Of a stretch of 64,000 nucleotides of DNA, positions 1 through 10,118 are shown in pieces. The stretch comes from Candidatus Scatosoma sp. (GTDB lineage Bacteria > Bacillota > Clostridia > Christensenellales > Borkfalkiaceae), in contig JAZOPU010000119.1 of NCBI GenBank assembly GCA_045655705.1, positions 1,013 to 65,012 on the forward strand. Reading direction: 5' to 3'. Position 1 is the stretch's first letter; each line of letters begins with the position of its first letter. The notes beneath the pieces were generated by a model. It made no database searches. It saw only the letters and a list, made by a program, of their open reading frames with translations, and had not been told where the DNA came from. A program made the position numbers and the translations under genes.

Positions 1-1051
1 CGTTTTCTTCGAGAGCAGGCGCATAGACGAATAACGGCTTTAATAGTGACCCGGGCAATCGTTTTGCGTTGTAAATGGTGGAATAACAAGCCTTAAAGCC
101 GTGTGAAAGGTTGTCTAAACACATTGCGGTCACGTCCGTTTGCTTGTATTCTTGGCACGTGGTTTGTATGGCGTTTTGCAAATCTTCGTCTAAATAGGTA
201 TAAACTTCCACGTTTTCATAGGTAGGCAAGGAGTAGTTTTCTAAGAGCGTCATTAGTTCGTCGTAGACGTAATGCAAATAGCTGTTGTCCGATTGTAAAT
301 GGGGTGCTTGCGGGAGTGCTTTTTGCATTGCTTTATCCTTTTCTTGCGCCGTGATACTGCCGTTTTTGAGCATAGCGTTGAGTACGCAAAGCTTGCGTTT
401 TTTGCAGTTTTCAGGATTTTTAAAAGGAGAATAATTGTTGGGGGATTTCACAATCCCTGCCAAAATAGCCGAATCGGCAAGATCAAGCGTTTCGGGCGTT
501 TTTCCAAAATAAAAATCTGCCGCGCTGCGAAGTCCGAAACAGTTGTGTCCAAAATATATAATACGCAGATATTTTTCTAAAATCTCGTCTTTGGTATAGT
601 TGTTTTCGAGTGCACGCGTTAATTTCCATTCTTTAAGCTTTCTTGTCAACGTTTTTTCTTGCGTTAAGTGCGTGTTTTTAATCAGTTGTTGGGAAATGGT
701 GGACGCCCCTTCTTTAAAAGAACGGGATTTGAGATTATTCAGCGCGGCGCGGGCAATACGGCGTACGTCAAAGCCACCATGCAAATAAAAACGCTTGTCC
801 TCCGTATCGATAAAGGCACTACGCGTATGTTTGGGGATTTCGCTTATGGAAAGAGTAGTGTCTTTAAAAAAGGCGTTCGCGGTAGGATTACCCTTGTCGT
901 TGTAAACGACGATTTTCGTGTTGGATAAGATAAGCTTTTCTTCGTCGAGCGTAGCGTCTTTTGTAACGGCAAAAAACACCCCGAGCATAGCAAGGATGGT
1001 AAATGAAAAAAACAAAACGAGTAAACATACGATTTTTTTTAAGCTTTTCAT
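1..1051 (-). CDS. Class A (bifunctional) penicillin-binding protein, first ~350 codons; the gene continues beyond the left edge
   Basis: Absent from the ORF track because there is no stop in the window. Hand translation of the minus strand from ATG 1051..1049 gives MKSLKKIVCLLVLFFSFTILAMLGVFF (membrane anchor). GT51 transglycosylase motifs follow: EDKRFYLHGG, GASTISQQL, RKLKEWKL, KDEILEKYLRIIYFG. At the edge comes RLPGSLLKPLFVYAPALE, the start of the transpeptidase domain. No in-frame stop down to position 1. Confidence 0.85.
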   Translation of the reverse strand, partial: MKSLKKIVCLLVLFFSFTILAMLGVFFAVTKDATLDEEKLILSNTKIVVYNDKGNPTANAFFKDTTLSISEIPKHTRSAFIDTEDKRFYLHGGFDVRRIARAALNNLKSRSFKEGASTISQQLIKNTHLTQEKTLTRKLKEWKLTRALENNYTKDEILEKYLRIIYFGHNCFGLRSAADFYFGKTPETLDLADSAILAGIVKSPNNYSPFKNPENCKKRKLCVLNAMLKNGSITAQEKDKAMQKALPQAPHLQSDNSYLHYVYDELMTLLENYSLPTYENVEVYTYLDEDLQNAIQTTCQEYKQTDVTAMCLDNLSHGFKACYSTIYNAKRLPGSLLKPLFVYAPALEEN

Positions 1052-1116
1052 AACCACAGTATTCGTCTTTCTGCGTGTTTTTATCACAAAAAACACGGGC
1101 AAAAGCGTTGAAAGAC

Positions 1117-1145
1117 TTGATAAAAATAAAAAAAAAGTGTATAAT
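1117..1145 (+). promoter_or_regulatory. Sigma-A type promoter upstream of miaB
   Basis: TTGATA (1117-1122), 17-nt spacer, TATAAT (1140-1145). Confidence 0.55.
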
Positions 1146-1159
1146 GTAAGCAATATATT

Positions 1160-2500
1160 ATGCAAACTGGGATGAGTATGTCAAAACACTATCATATCGT
1201 AACCTACGGCTGTCAAATGAACGTGCACGAATCGGAAAAAATTGCGGGCATTTTGCACGGTATGGGCTATGAAGAAACGAATGAAAAAGAGAATGCGGAT
1301 ATTATCGTTTTCAACACCTGCTGTATTCGTGAAAACGCGGAAAATCACGCCTTTGGCAATATCGGCGCACTCAAAAAATTAAAGAAACAAAAACCCGAGC
1401 TTATCATTGCCGTCGGGGGGTGTATGACGCAGGAAAAAGGTAAGACGGAGATTTTAAAGAAAAAATTCCCGTTTATCGACGTAATGTTCGGTGCGCTCAA
1501 TTTTGAGAACTTGGAAACGCTCATTCGGCGTAAGCAAGCGCAAAAGAAAAAGGTGATTGAAATACGCGACGAAGCCGCGGAGATTGCGGAAAACGTTACA
1601 CCGTATCGCACGAGTTATCCAAACGCTTGGGTGAATATAACCTACGGTTGCAATAATTTTTGTTCCTATTGTATCGTTCCCTACGTGCGCGGGCGCGAGC
1701 GTTCTAGAAAACCTGAACATATCATACGGGAAGTGGAAACGTTGGTTGCGCAAGGGTATAAAGAAATCACGCTCCTTGGGCAAAACGTCAATTCCTACGG
1801 CGCGGACGGGAGCACGGGTATGACGTTTGCCCAGCTTTTAGACAAGGTGGCGAGTATCGACGGGAAATTTCGCGTACGTTTTATGACCAGCCACCCCAAA
1901 GATTTCAACGAAGACGTCGTTAAGGTTATGCAAAAACACCGCAAGATATGCAGGCTCGTGCATTTGCCCGTACAATCGGGCTCGAACGCTATTTTGCAGG
2001 CAATGAACCGTCGGTATACCAGGGAAAAATACTTGCAGGAAATACGAATGCTCAAACAAGTGCTTCCCGAAGCGGAGGTTACGACGGATATAATCGTCGG
2101 TTTTCCCGGGGAAACGGAAGAAGATTATTTGCAAACGGAAGATCTCGTACGGCAGGTAGATTTTGCTTCGGCGTTCACGTTCGTATATTCCAAGCGCGAA
2201 GGCACGAAAGCAGCTTTAATGCAAAACCAAATCCCGCCCGACGTACAAAAAGACAGGATTATGCGGCTTGTGGAGCTTGTAAACGCGCAAACCCGTAAAA
2301 AATCGGAGAGATATTTGGGCAAAGAAGTGGAAATTTTGTGCGAAGATTACGACGAGAAAAAGGGCTTGTATATGGGACGCGACGAGCTGGGCAGAATGGG
2401 ATATTTTAAGTCGGATATAAACAAAGTGGGCGAGTTTGTCGTCTTGAAAATTACCGAAGCGAACGGCATTTCCTTATACGGCGAAGAAGTGTCGAAATAA
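1160..2500 (+). CDS. miaB: tRNA-2-methylthio-N6-dimethylallyladenosine synthase (methylthiotransferase)
   Basis: N-terminal MTTase motif HIVTYGCQMN. Radical-SAM cluster motif YGCNNFCSYCIVP. C-terminal TRAM-like domain. ATG at 1160, 1172 or 1178 are all possible starts. Confidence 0.9.
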   Translation: MQTGMSMSKHYHIVTYGCQMNVHESEKIAGILHGMGYEETNEKENADIIVFNTCCIRENAENHAFGNIGALKKLKKQKPELIIAVGGCMTQEKGKTEILKKKFPFIDVMFGALNFENLETLIRRKQAQKKKVIEIRDEAAEIAENVTPYRTSYPNAWVNITYGCNNFCSYCIVPYVRGRERSRKPEHIIREVETLVAQGYKEITLLGQNVNSYGADGSTGMTFAQLLDKVASIDGKFRVRFMTSHPKDFNEDVVKVMQKHRKICRLVHLPVQSGSNAILQAMNRRYTREKYLQEIRMLKQVLPEAEVTTDIIVGFPGETEEDYLQTEDLVRQVDFASAFTFVYSKREGTKAALMQNQIPPDVQKDRIMRLVELVNAQTRKKSERYLGKEVEILCEDYDEKKGLYMGRDELGRMGYFKSDINKVGEFVVLKITEANGISLYGEEVSK

Positions 2501-2519
2501 AAAACGAAAGGTGAGATAT

Positions 2520-5132
2520 ATGGCGGAAAAGAAAAAAGAGCTGTCAGCAATGATGAAACACTATCTTTCCATGAAAGAAAAATATAAAGATTGCGTGCTT
2601 TTCTACCGTCTCGGGGATTTTTACGAGATGTTTTTTGAAGATGCGGTGGAAGTATCCAAACTACTCGATTTAACGCTTACGGGCAAGGAATGTGGCTTGG
2701 ACGAGCGTGCGCCGATGTGTGGAATTCCTTATCACGCGGCGGATGGTTACGTGGCAAAGCTCGTATCGCTTGGCAAGAAAGTTGCAATCTGCGAACAAAT
2801 ATCCGATCCCAAAACGTCGGGTAAAAATCTCGTGGAGCGTGACGTCGTGCGGATTGTGTCGGCAGGAACGGTCATTGAAGAAGAGTTTTTAGACGCGAGC
2901 AAAAGCAACTACGTAGCCTGTGCGTTCAAAGCGCAAGAAAGCGTTGCGCTCGCCTGGACGGATATCACGACGGGTGAGTTTTTTGCTTCGGAATTTAAAG
3001 GCAAAAACGCCATGGTAGAAGCGGTGAGCGAACTTTTAAAAATGTCCGTAGCCGAAGTCATTTGCAACGAAGATATGCTAATCCAAAGCCGTGAAATCAA
3101 GGAAATTCAACACGGTCTTTTACCGCCGTTTTCCTGTTATATGCCTTGGGCGTTTAACGTAAAGCACGCGGAAAGCAATCTTTTGCAACAGTTTAAAACG
3201 TCGTCTTTGGCGGCGTTTGGGATTTCCGCGTTTGAGAATATGATTTCCGCGGCGGGGGCTCTCGTGGAATATTTGCGCGAAACGCAAAAACACGCGCTGG
3301 CAAATATAACCGGTATAAAGCTTATCGATCGCGAAGAATATATGCAACTCGATTCTATTGCCGTGAAAAACCTTGAACTTGTGAAAAATAACGCCGAAGG
3401 AAAGCCGTACGGCTCGTTGCTTTGGGTGCTTAATAAAACGAAAACGGGTATGGGCGCAAGACTTTTGCATCGAATGATACTCTCCCCGCTTCGTTCTATC
3501 TCCGAAATCCATGCCCGCCAAGACGCGGTGGAAGAGCTCTTAAACGCTGCCGCCGTTCGTGCGGAGCTTGCGGAAACGTTAGATTTGATCGGGGACGTGG
3601 AACGGCTGGTGGGGAAAATTTCCAACGGCAATTTTAACCCGAAAAACTGTTTACAATTGGCAACTTCACTCACCGCGCTCCCCAAGGTGCAGTTCCACCT
3701 TGCTGGGTTTACGTCTGCATTGCTCCAAGATATAAACACAAAAATACCCGATATGCACGAGCTTGCCGAGCTTTTGACAATGGCGATTAACCCCGAAGCT
3801 TCGACGGTTATGAAAGACGGCGGATATATTCGGGAAGGTTTTAATAGCGAGCTTGACGAGCTTCGCGATATCAACAACACTGCGAAAAAATTCATTGAAG
3901 AATTGGAAATATCCGAAAGGGAAAGAACGGGTATTCGTACCTTAAAAACGGGTTATAACCGCGTTTTTGGTTATTTTATCGAAATTAGTAATTCCTTTAA
4001 AGATAAAGTACCTGCGGAATATATCCGTAAACAAACGCTCACGACGGGCGAACGGTATATCACCGAAGAGTTGAAAGCATTTGAAGAAAAGGTTTTGACA
4101 AGTAGCGAAAGGGCGTTGCAAATCGAAACGGCAATTTATGAAAAACTGCTCTTAATTCTCACAGAAAACATTGATAACTTACAACAAATCGCAAACGCAT
4201 TATCCTTGCTCGATTGTTTGGTTTCGTTTGCAACGGTGGCAAAAGAACGTAAATACGCTCGACCTTGTGTTGTGGAAGCGGGAAATGCTTTCACGATCAC
4301 GGAAGGACGGCACCCTGTTGTGGAAGCGATATCCAAAGAACGTTTCGTGCCCAACGATACGATTTTGGATAATGGTGAAAACCGTTGTATGATTATCACG
4401 GGGCCGAATATGGCGGGTAAAAGCACGTATATGCGCCAAGTTGCGTTGATTTCGGTTATGGCGCAAATAGGCTCGTTCGTGCCCGCGAAAACCGCGCAAA
4501 TTCCCATTGTGGATCGGATTTTTACGCGGGTGGGTGCAAGTGATAATTTGATTTTCGATCAAAGTACGTTTATGGTGGAAATGACGGAAGTAGCGTCTAT
4601 TCTTTTGCGTGCAACGGCAAATAGTTTGCTCGTTTTAGACGAAGTGGGCAGGGGAACGAGTACGTACGACGGACTTTCCATTGCTTGGGCGGTGATTGAA
4701 TTTTTAACGAAAAATATCCAAGCAAAAACGCTTTTTTCTACGCATTACCACGAATTGACGGAGCTTGAAAATTCCTTGGACGGCGTTAAGAATTATAAAG
4801 TTACGGTGCGTGAGTTAAACGGTGCGGTCGTATTTTTAAGAAAGATCGTGCGCGGGGGCGCAAACCGTAGCTTTGGTATCGAAGTGGCGGCGCTTGCAGG
4901 CGTACCGCAAACGGTTACAACGCGCGCAAAAAATATCTTAAAGGCTTTGGAAAAGAACGATTTGCTTTCGGGAAAACGGAAAATTTCGGAAATGGAAGTG
5001 GAAGAAGAACAAAAACGTCCGCTTTGCGAAGTAGAACGTATTCTCGCGGATACCGATTTGAATACGTTATCGCCTATGCAGGCGCTTATGCTACTCAACG
5101 ATTTAAAAGAAAAAATCCATTCGGAGAACTGA
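2520..5132 (+). CDS. mutS: DNA mismatch repair protein MutS
   Basis: N-terminal mismatch-binding region (FYRLGDFYEMFFEDA). Walker A GPNMAGKST, DEVGRGTSTYDG, STHYHEL. ATG 2520, preceded by AAAGGTGAG, is preferred over the ORF-track GTG at 2511. Confidence 0.95.
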   Translation: MAEKKKELSAMMKHYLSMKEKYKDCVLFYRLGDFYEMFFEDAVEVSKLLDLTLTGKECGLDERAPMCGIPYHAADGYVAKLVSLGKKVAICEQISDPKTSGKNLVERDVVRIVSAGTVIEEEFLDASKSNYVACAFKAQESVALAWTDITTGEFFASEFKGKNAMVEAVSELLKMSVAEVICNEDMLIQSREIKEIQHGLLPPFSCYMPWAFNVKHAESNLLQQFKTSSLAAFGISAFENMISAAGALVEYLRETQKHALANITGIKLIDREEYMQLDSIAVKNLELVKNNAEGKPYGSLLWVLNKTKTGMGARLLHRMILSPLRSISEIHARQDAVEELLNAAAVRAELAETLDLIGDVERLVGKISNGNFNPKNCLQLATSLTALPKVQFHLAGFTSALLQDINTKIPDMHELAELLTMAINPEASTVMKDGGYIREGFNSELDELRDINNTAKKFIEELEISERERTGIRTLKTGYNRVFGYFIEISNSFKDKVPAEYIRKQTLTTGERYITEELKAFEEKVLTSSERALQIETAIYEKLLLILTENIDNLQQIANALSLLDCLVSFATVAKERKYARPCVVEAGNAFTITEGRHPVVEAISKERFVPNDTILDNGENRCMIITGPNMAGKSTYMRQVALISVMAQIGSFVPAKTAQIPIVDRIFTRVGASDNLIFDQSTFMVEMTEVASILLRATANSLLVLDEVGRGTSTYDGLSIAWAVIEFLTKNIQAKTLFSTHYHELTELENSLDGVKNYKVTVRELNGAVVFLRKIVRGGANRSFGIEVAALAGVPQTVTTRAKNILKALEKNDLLSGKRKISEMEVEEEQKRPLCEVERILADTDLNTLSPMQALMLLNDLKEKIHSEN

Positions 5133-5133
5133 T

Positions 5134-7224
5134 ATGTCCAAGATAAATATATTATCCCCCGCGGTGTTTAACCGTATTGCGGCAGGTGAAGTGGTAGAAC
5201 GCCCGTATTCGGTGGTCAAAGAACTCGTTGAAAACGCAATCGACGCGGGCGCAACGGAAATTCAAATTTATATAGAAAAAGGCGGTAAACAGCTTATTCG
5301 CGTCGTGGATAACGGTTGCGGGATCGAACGCGACGATTTGCACGCGGCGTATCTTCCGCATGCAACGAGTAAAATTAGCAAAGCGGACGACCTTTTTGCA
5401 ATCACTACGCTTGGGTTTAGGGGGGAAGCGGTTGCTTCGATTGCTTCCGTTTCTAAAATGAATATCATTTCAAAAACGGAAAACGGAAAATGCTATTCGC
5501 TTCGTTGCGACGGCGGGGAAATGGGTGAAATTCGTGAAAACGCCACAACGCAAAGGGGTACGGAAGTGTGCGTGGAAATGCTTTTTTACAACACGCCCGT
5601 ACGCTTGGATTTTTTGAAAAATGATAAATCGGAAGAAGCGGATATCACCGGCTTTGTATCCCGTTTTATTCTCTGCCGATCGGATATCGCGTTTACTTAC
5701 TACGTAAACGATAAAAAGGTTTTGCAATCGTTTGGAGAAGGCGACGAAGACGCTTTCCGCTGTGTATACGGACAGGCAACGATGCGTGAATGCTTGAAAA
5801 TCAACGCTGAAAAACACGGAATACGCATTCGCGGGTATATCGGAAATCAAAACTTTTTTAAAGGGAATAAGACATATCAAAACGTGTTTATCAACGGTAG
5901 ATACGTTTTAAACAATACGATCACTTCCGCAATTATGGGCGCGTATCGAGATTATCTTATGAAACGGCAATATCCTTTTTGCGTTTTGCATATCGATATG
6001 CCGACGGAAATCGTGGACGTGAACGTGCACCCCAATAAAACGGACGTGCGTTTTATGGACAATCAAATGATATACGGGTGTATTTATTCGGTACTTTCTT
6101 CCGTGCTTGACGGTACGGCGAAGGCGGTGGAATACGTTGAAGAAATGCCAAAACTGCAAGAAACACAAACGGTTGTTCCAAAGCCTGAAAAGAAAATAGA
6201 GCCGATAAAAAGTATTTCCGAGTCCATTTTATCGCAAGAAGAAACCGCCGCGGAAGTTCTTAAAGAGCAAAAAGGCGAGCAGGTGTTTGCCGAGCCGACT
6301 ATGACCTATGAACAAGCGCAAAAAGAAATGAATTCTTACCGTGCGCTGTTTAAAGACGTGTTAAACGAGAATAAAAAGGGTTATATTCCTATGTCGGAGA
6401 TAGGCGAGTTTGACAAATCGCAAATCGTGCGTGGCAGTATGCAACCGCCGTCCGTTATGCCCCGTCGCATAAAGAACGCGGAAAAGCTTTTGGAAAAATT
6501 CCCCGATACGCCCTATGATCCCGTCATGTTAGAATTTAACGATCCCAACTATGAAATGCACACCGTGCCTATGCGCGACCGTTTTGCGGAAAATAAATTG
6601 TATTTGGAAAGTTTGGATAAACAACGTGCCGAGCAGGGCAAGATTGCCGTGGATGAGTGCGTATACGCGGGAAAGCTTTTCAATACGTATTTGATGTATG
6701 AATATAACGACGACGTGTATATTATCGATCAACACGCGGCGCACGAACGCTTGATTTTTGACAGTTTAAAAGCGCAAATGCAAGCGCGTGAAGTGGCGCG
6801 CCAGCCTATGCTCGTGCCCTTTCAAATCCGTTTAAATGCTTTTGAGGCCACGTTTATTCGTGAACATATCGACGATTTGTGGGATATGGGCTTTAAATTG
6901 CGCGATTGGGGGGAAACGGGTTTTGAAGTGTATGAAATACCCGTAGATCTTCGTGATATCGATTTAAATAAGTTTTTCAACGAAGTTTTAAGTGACGTAA
7001 ACGGTTATCGCGCGATTAAATTAGAAGATATTTTAAAAGACAAGCTCGCTTCCGTGGCTTGTAAAGCGGCGGTGAAAGGCGGTATGGATATCACGCGCAA
7101 AGAAGTGGAAGAACTGCTTTCCAAAATGCAAGGCGATATGACTTTGAAATGCCCGCACGGGCGCCCCGTCGTTGTAAAAATGACGAAAAAACAAATAGAA
7201 AAAATGTTTAAGAGGATCGTATGA
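5134..7224 (+). CDS. mutL: DNA mismatch repair endonuclease MutL
   Basis: GHKL ATPase motifs (VVKELVENAIDAGA, DNGCGI, GFRGEA). C-terminal endonuclease motif DQHAAHERLIFD. Sits immediately after mutS. Confidence 0.95.
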   Translation: MSKINILSPAVFNRIAAGEVVERPYSVVKELVENAIDAGATEIQIYIEKGGKQLIRVVDNGCGIERDDLHAAYLPHATSKISKADDLFAITTLGFRGEAVASIASVSKMNIISKTENGKCYSLRCDGGEMGEIRENATTQRGTEVCVEMLFYNTPVRLDFLKNDKSEEADITGFVSRFILCRSDIAFTYYVNDKKVLQSFGEGDEDAFRCVYGQATMRECLKINAEKHGIRIRGYIGNQNFFKGNKTYQNVFINGRYVLNNTITSAIMGAYRDYLMKRQYPFCVLHIDMPTEIVDVNVHPNKTDVRFMDNQMIYGCIYSVLSSVLDGTAKAVEYVEEMPKLQETQTVVPKPEKKIEPIKSISESILSQEETAAEVLKEQKGEQVFAEPTMTYEQAQKEMNSYRALFKDVLNENKKGYIPMSEIGEFDKSQIVRGSMQPPSVMPRRIKNAEKLLEKFPDTPYDPVMLEFNDPNYEMHTVPMRDRFAENKLYLESLDKQRAEQGKIAVDECVYAGKLFNTYLMYEYNDDVYIIDQHAAHERLIFDSLKAQMQAREVARQPMLVPFQIRLNAFEATFIREHIDDLWDMGFKLRDWGETGFEVYEIPVDLRDIDLNKFFNEVLSDVNGYRAIKLEDILKDKLASVACKAAVKGGMDITRKEVEELLSKMQGDMTLKCPHGRPVVVKMTKKQIEKMFKRIV

Positions 7225-8120
7225 GCGGAAAAGTACTCGTCGTTTGCGGCCCGACGGCTTCGGGAAAAACGGCTTTGGCTGTGCAGTGCGCAAAACGCTT
7301 GCAAACGGAAATTATTTCCGCGGATTCTATGCTTGTCTATCAAGACCTAAATATTGGCACGGCAAAACCCGACGAAGCGGAAATGGACGGCGTAAAGCAT
7401 CACATGATCGACGTGGTTTCGCCCTTTGACAGCTTTTCCGTAAGTGATTATGAAAAAGCTGCGTTGCCCATTTTAGAAGATTTGTTATCTCGCGGGAAAA
7501 CGCCCGTTGTTTGCGGCGGTACGGGTTTTTACGTGAACGCGCTTTTATATAAAAGTCAATTTGGAAACGTGGGCGCAAACGCGGAAATTCGTGAAAAATA
7601 CGAGCGAATATACAAAGAACAGGGCGGGAAATATTTGCACGAATTACTGCAAAAGGTGGATTTAGAAAGTGCAAACAAACTGCACGAAAACGACGTGAAA
7701 CGGGTTATTCGTGCGTTGGAAATCTACGAGCTGACTGGAAAACCAAAATCAATGCAACAAGATAAGCAAATTCCGCGCTTTGATTTTGTGGCAGTTTCCA
7801 TTGCGCACGATAGACAAACGCTGTATGAGCGTATCAATAGGCGCGTGGACGAAATGTTTGAACGCGGTCTTTTGCAAGAAGTGCAGGGTTTAATTTTCCG
7901 TGGCGTTTTAAAAACGTCGCAATGTATGCAAGGTATCGGTTATAAAGAAATCGTCGAAGGATTAGAAACAGGCAACAGCATAGACGAAATTAAAGAACTT
8001 ATCAAAAAGAATACGCGAAACTATGCAAAACGTCAGGAAACATTTTTTAAGCGAATGGACAACCGAATTTGCCTGAATCCGCGGGATATTATGATAGACG
8101 AAGTATTAAAAATCCTTTAA
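7221..8120 (+). CDS. miaA: tRNA dimethylallyltransferase
   Basis: P-loop CGPTASGKTALA. ADSMLVYQDLNIGTAKP. Start overlaps the mutL stop (ATGA). Confidence 0.92.
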   Translation: MSGKVLVVCGPTASGKTALAVQCAKRLQTEIISADSMLVYQDLNIGTAKPDEAEMDGVKHHMIDVVSPFDSFSVSDYEKAALPILEDLLSRGKTPVVCGGTGFYVNALLYKSQFGNVGANAEIREKYERIYKEQGGKYLHELLQKVDLESANKLHENDVKRVIRALEIYELTGKPKSMQQDKQIPRFDFVAVSIAHDRQTLYERINRRVDEMFERGLLQEVQGLIFRGVLKTSQCMQGIGYKEIVEGLETGNSIDEIKELIKKNTRNYAKRQETFFKRMDNRICLNPRDIMIDEVLKIL

Positions 8121-8176
8121 AACAAACGAGTTATGTCACACATAATACCTATGTATGGCATAATAATGGAGAAAAT

Positions 8177-9403
8177 ATGACAGCAGAAGAATTGATTGAG
8201 AAAAGCGAAAAAGAGCTTGCGGAAAAATTTAAGCTTGCGGATAAGATTAGCGAGTACAACCAAGAAAAAGTGTTGAAGGCGTTTAACGCCCATTCAATTG
8301 CGTTGCGGCATTTTAACGCGACGACGGGTTATGGGTATGGCGACGACGGAAGAGTTGCGCTTGGCGAAGTGTTTGCAAAATCGCTTGGTGCGGAAACGGG
8401 GATTGTTTCGCCTGCGCTGCTTAGCGGTACGCACGCACTTACGGTGGCGCTCTTTGGGGTGCTCCGCACGGGCGACGCCGTGCTTTGCGTATCGGGTATG
8501 CCCTACGATACCATTCGCGGAGTGATATATGGCGAGGGGAACGGATCGTTAAAAGATTTTGGTATTTCTTTTGATTGCACGGAGCTTTTAGAAAACGGCA
8601 AGTTTGATAAAGAAACCATAAAAGCGGATATCCAACGACTTGGCGATTCGCTGAAAATGATTTATATTCAGCGTTCGCGCGGATATGAACTGCGCGACGC
8701 GTTTAATTGCGACGAAATAGAAGATATTTGTTCGTTTATCCGTTCGCTTGGCTTTAAGGGTTGTATCTTTTGCGATAATTGCTATGGGGAATTTGTAGAA
8801 ATGCGCGAGCCGTGTCAAGTGGGTGCGGACGTTTGCGTGGGTTCGCTTATTAAAAACCCCGGTGGCGGACTTGCGCCAACGGGTGGTTATATCGTAGGGA
8901 AAGAAGAATATATCGACAAAATCGGGAGAAGATTAACTGCGCCGTCTATTGGGAACGAAGTCGGTTCTTACGCCTATGGCTATCGATTGTTTTATCAAGG
9001 TCTTTTCCTTGCCCCGCACGTTGTGAATCAAGCAATCAAAGGTAGTTTGCTTATTGGGAAATGTATGGAAACGCTTGGATATGAAAACTTTCCCAAGCTC
9101 GACAAAACGCCTGCGGATATCACGAGAGCTATACGCTTTGACACGGCGGAGCAGTTATGCGCGTTTATTCAATCGGTGCAAGAAGCGTCGCCTGTGGATA
9201 GCTTCGTAACGTTAGAGCCTTGGGATATGCCAGGGTACGATAGCAAAGTGATTATGGCGGCAGGGTGTTTTGTGGAAGGGGCGAGTATCGAGCTTTCCGC
9301 CGACGCGCCCGTAAAAGAGCCGTACACTGCGTATTTCCAAGGCGGACTTACCTATGAGCATTGTAAATATGCATTAAAGAAAATACTCGCAAAACTGTTG
9401 TAA
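8177..9403 (+). CDS. Methionine gamma-lyase-like / aluminium-resistance (YnbB) family PLP-dependent protein
   Basis: Family-typical N-terminus KVLKAFNAHSIALRHFNATTGYGYGDDGR...LSGTHAL. ATG 8177 follows GGAG (8168-8171). The ORF-track start at 8069 would overlap miaA. Confidence 0.75.
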   Translation: MTAEELIEKSEKELAEKFKLADKISEYNQEKVLKAFNAHSIALRHFNATTGYGYGDDGRVALGEVFAKSLGAETGIVSPALLSGTHALTVALFGVLRTGDAVLCVSGMPYDTIRGVIYGEGNGSLKDFGISFDCTELLENGKFDKETIKADIQRLGDSLKMIYIQRSRGYELRDAFNCDEIEDICSFIRSLGFKGCIFCDNCYGEFVEMREPCQVGADVCVGSLIKNPGGGLAPTGGYIVGKEEYIDKIGRRLTAPSIGNEVGSYAYGYRLFYQGLFLAPHVVNQAIKGSLLIGKCMETLGYENFPKLDKTPADITRAIRFDTAEQLCAFIQSVQEASPVDSFVTLEPWDMPGYDSKVIMAAGCFVEGASIELSADAPVKEPYTAYFQGGLTYEHCKYALKKILAKLL

Positions 9404-9408
9404 AAGAT

Positions 9409-9430
9409 AAGGAAGGCGATTGCCTTCCTT
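9409..9430. terminator. Bidirectional hairpin between convergent genes
   Basis: AAGGAAGGC (9409-9417), GATT loop, GCCTTCCTT (9422-9430). An A-tract lies upstream and T-rich sequence downstream. Confidence 0.65.
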
Positions 9431-9433
9431 AAA

Positions 9434-10102
9434 TTATTTCGTCAAATCCCAATCGATCGGGGTAATCCCGTGTTTTATAAGAAATTCGTTTGTTTTTGAG
9501 AAGTGTTTGCAGCCGAAAAAGCCGTTATACGCGGAAAGCGGGGACGGGTGCGCACATTCTAAAATCAAGTGTTTAGACCCGTCGATAAGCGGTTTTTTAC
9601 TTCGTGCATTACCGCCCCAAAGGATAAAAACAACGTTCTCCTTTTGCTCGGAAACAATCTTGATTACGTTGTCCGTAAACCAAGCCCAACCGCATTTTGC
9701 GTGGGAATTTGCTTGATGCGCCCGAACGGTGAGCGCAGTATTTAAAAGCAATACGCCCTGTTTTGCCCATTTGCTAAGATTTCCGCTTTTTGGCGGTTCA
9801 CAGCCTATATCGGCTTTGAGTTCTTTGAATATATTTTCCAAAGACGGTGGTTTTTGTATTCCGTCTTGCACGGAAAAGCAAAGCCCGTGGGCTTGTCCTT
9901 CGTTGTGATAAGGGTCTTGCCCTAAAATTACCGTTTTCACGTTTGCAAAAGGGGTATAGCGAAAACAGTTATATAAATCGTACATATCGGGGTATACGGT
10001 ATGCGTTTTATATTCTTCGATCAAAAATTGACGGATTTTTTTATATTTTTCATCGGAAAATAACGGCGCAAGCCGTTCGTTCCAATCGCCTAAATCAATC
10101 AT
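9434..10102 (-). CDS. ung: Uracil-DNA glycosylase (family 1)
   Basis: Motifs ILGQDPYHNEGQAHGLCFSV and HPSPLSA. The start at MIDLGDW (ATG 10102) follows AAGGTGA. The ORF track extends to 10132. Confidence 0.92.
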   Translation of the reverse strand: MIDLGDWNERLAPLFSDEKYKKIRQFLIEEYKTHTVYPDMYDLYNCFRYTPFANVKTVILGQDPYHNEGQAHGLCFSVQDGIQKPPSLENIFKELKADIGCEPPKSGNLSKWAKQGVLLLNTALTVRAHQANSHAKCGWAWFTDNVIKIVSEQKENVVFILWGGNARSKKPLIDGSKHLILECAHPSPLSAYNGFFGCKHFSKTNEFLIKHGITPIDWDLTK

Positions 10103-10118
10103 ATTTTCACCTTGGTAG

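Noticed and set aside
3137-3895. 252-aa minus-strand ORF inside mutS. Similar long antisense ORFs occur at 14725-15312, 21562-22140, 44286-44897 and 57795-58412.
   Set aside because: All lie fully inside genes with clear family motifs on the opposite strand. None shows any recognisable domain signature.
8121-8176. Expected hfq immediately after miaA, as in many Firmicutes.
   Set aside because: The gap is only 56 nt, and no Hfq-like ORF is present in any frame nearby. Absence at this position says nothing about the rest of the genome, so I do not report it as a finding.
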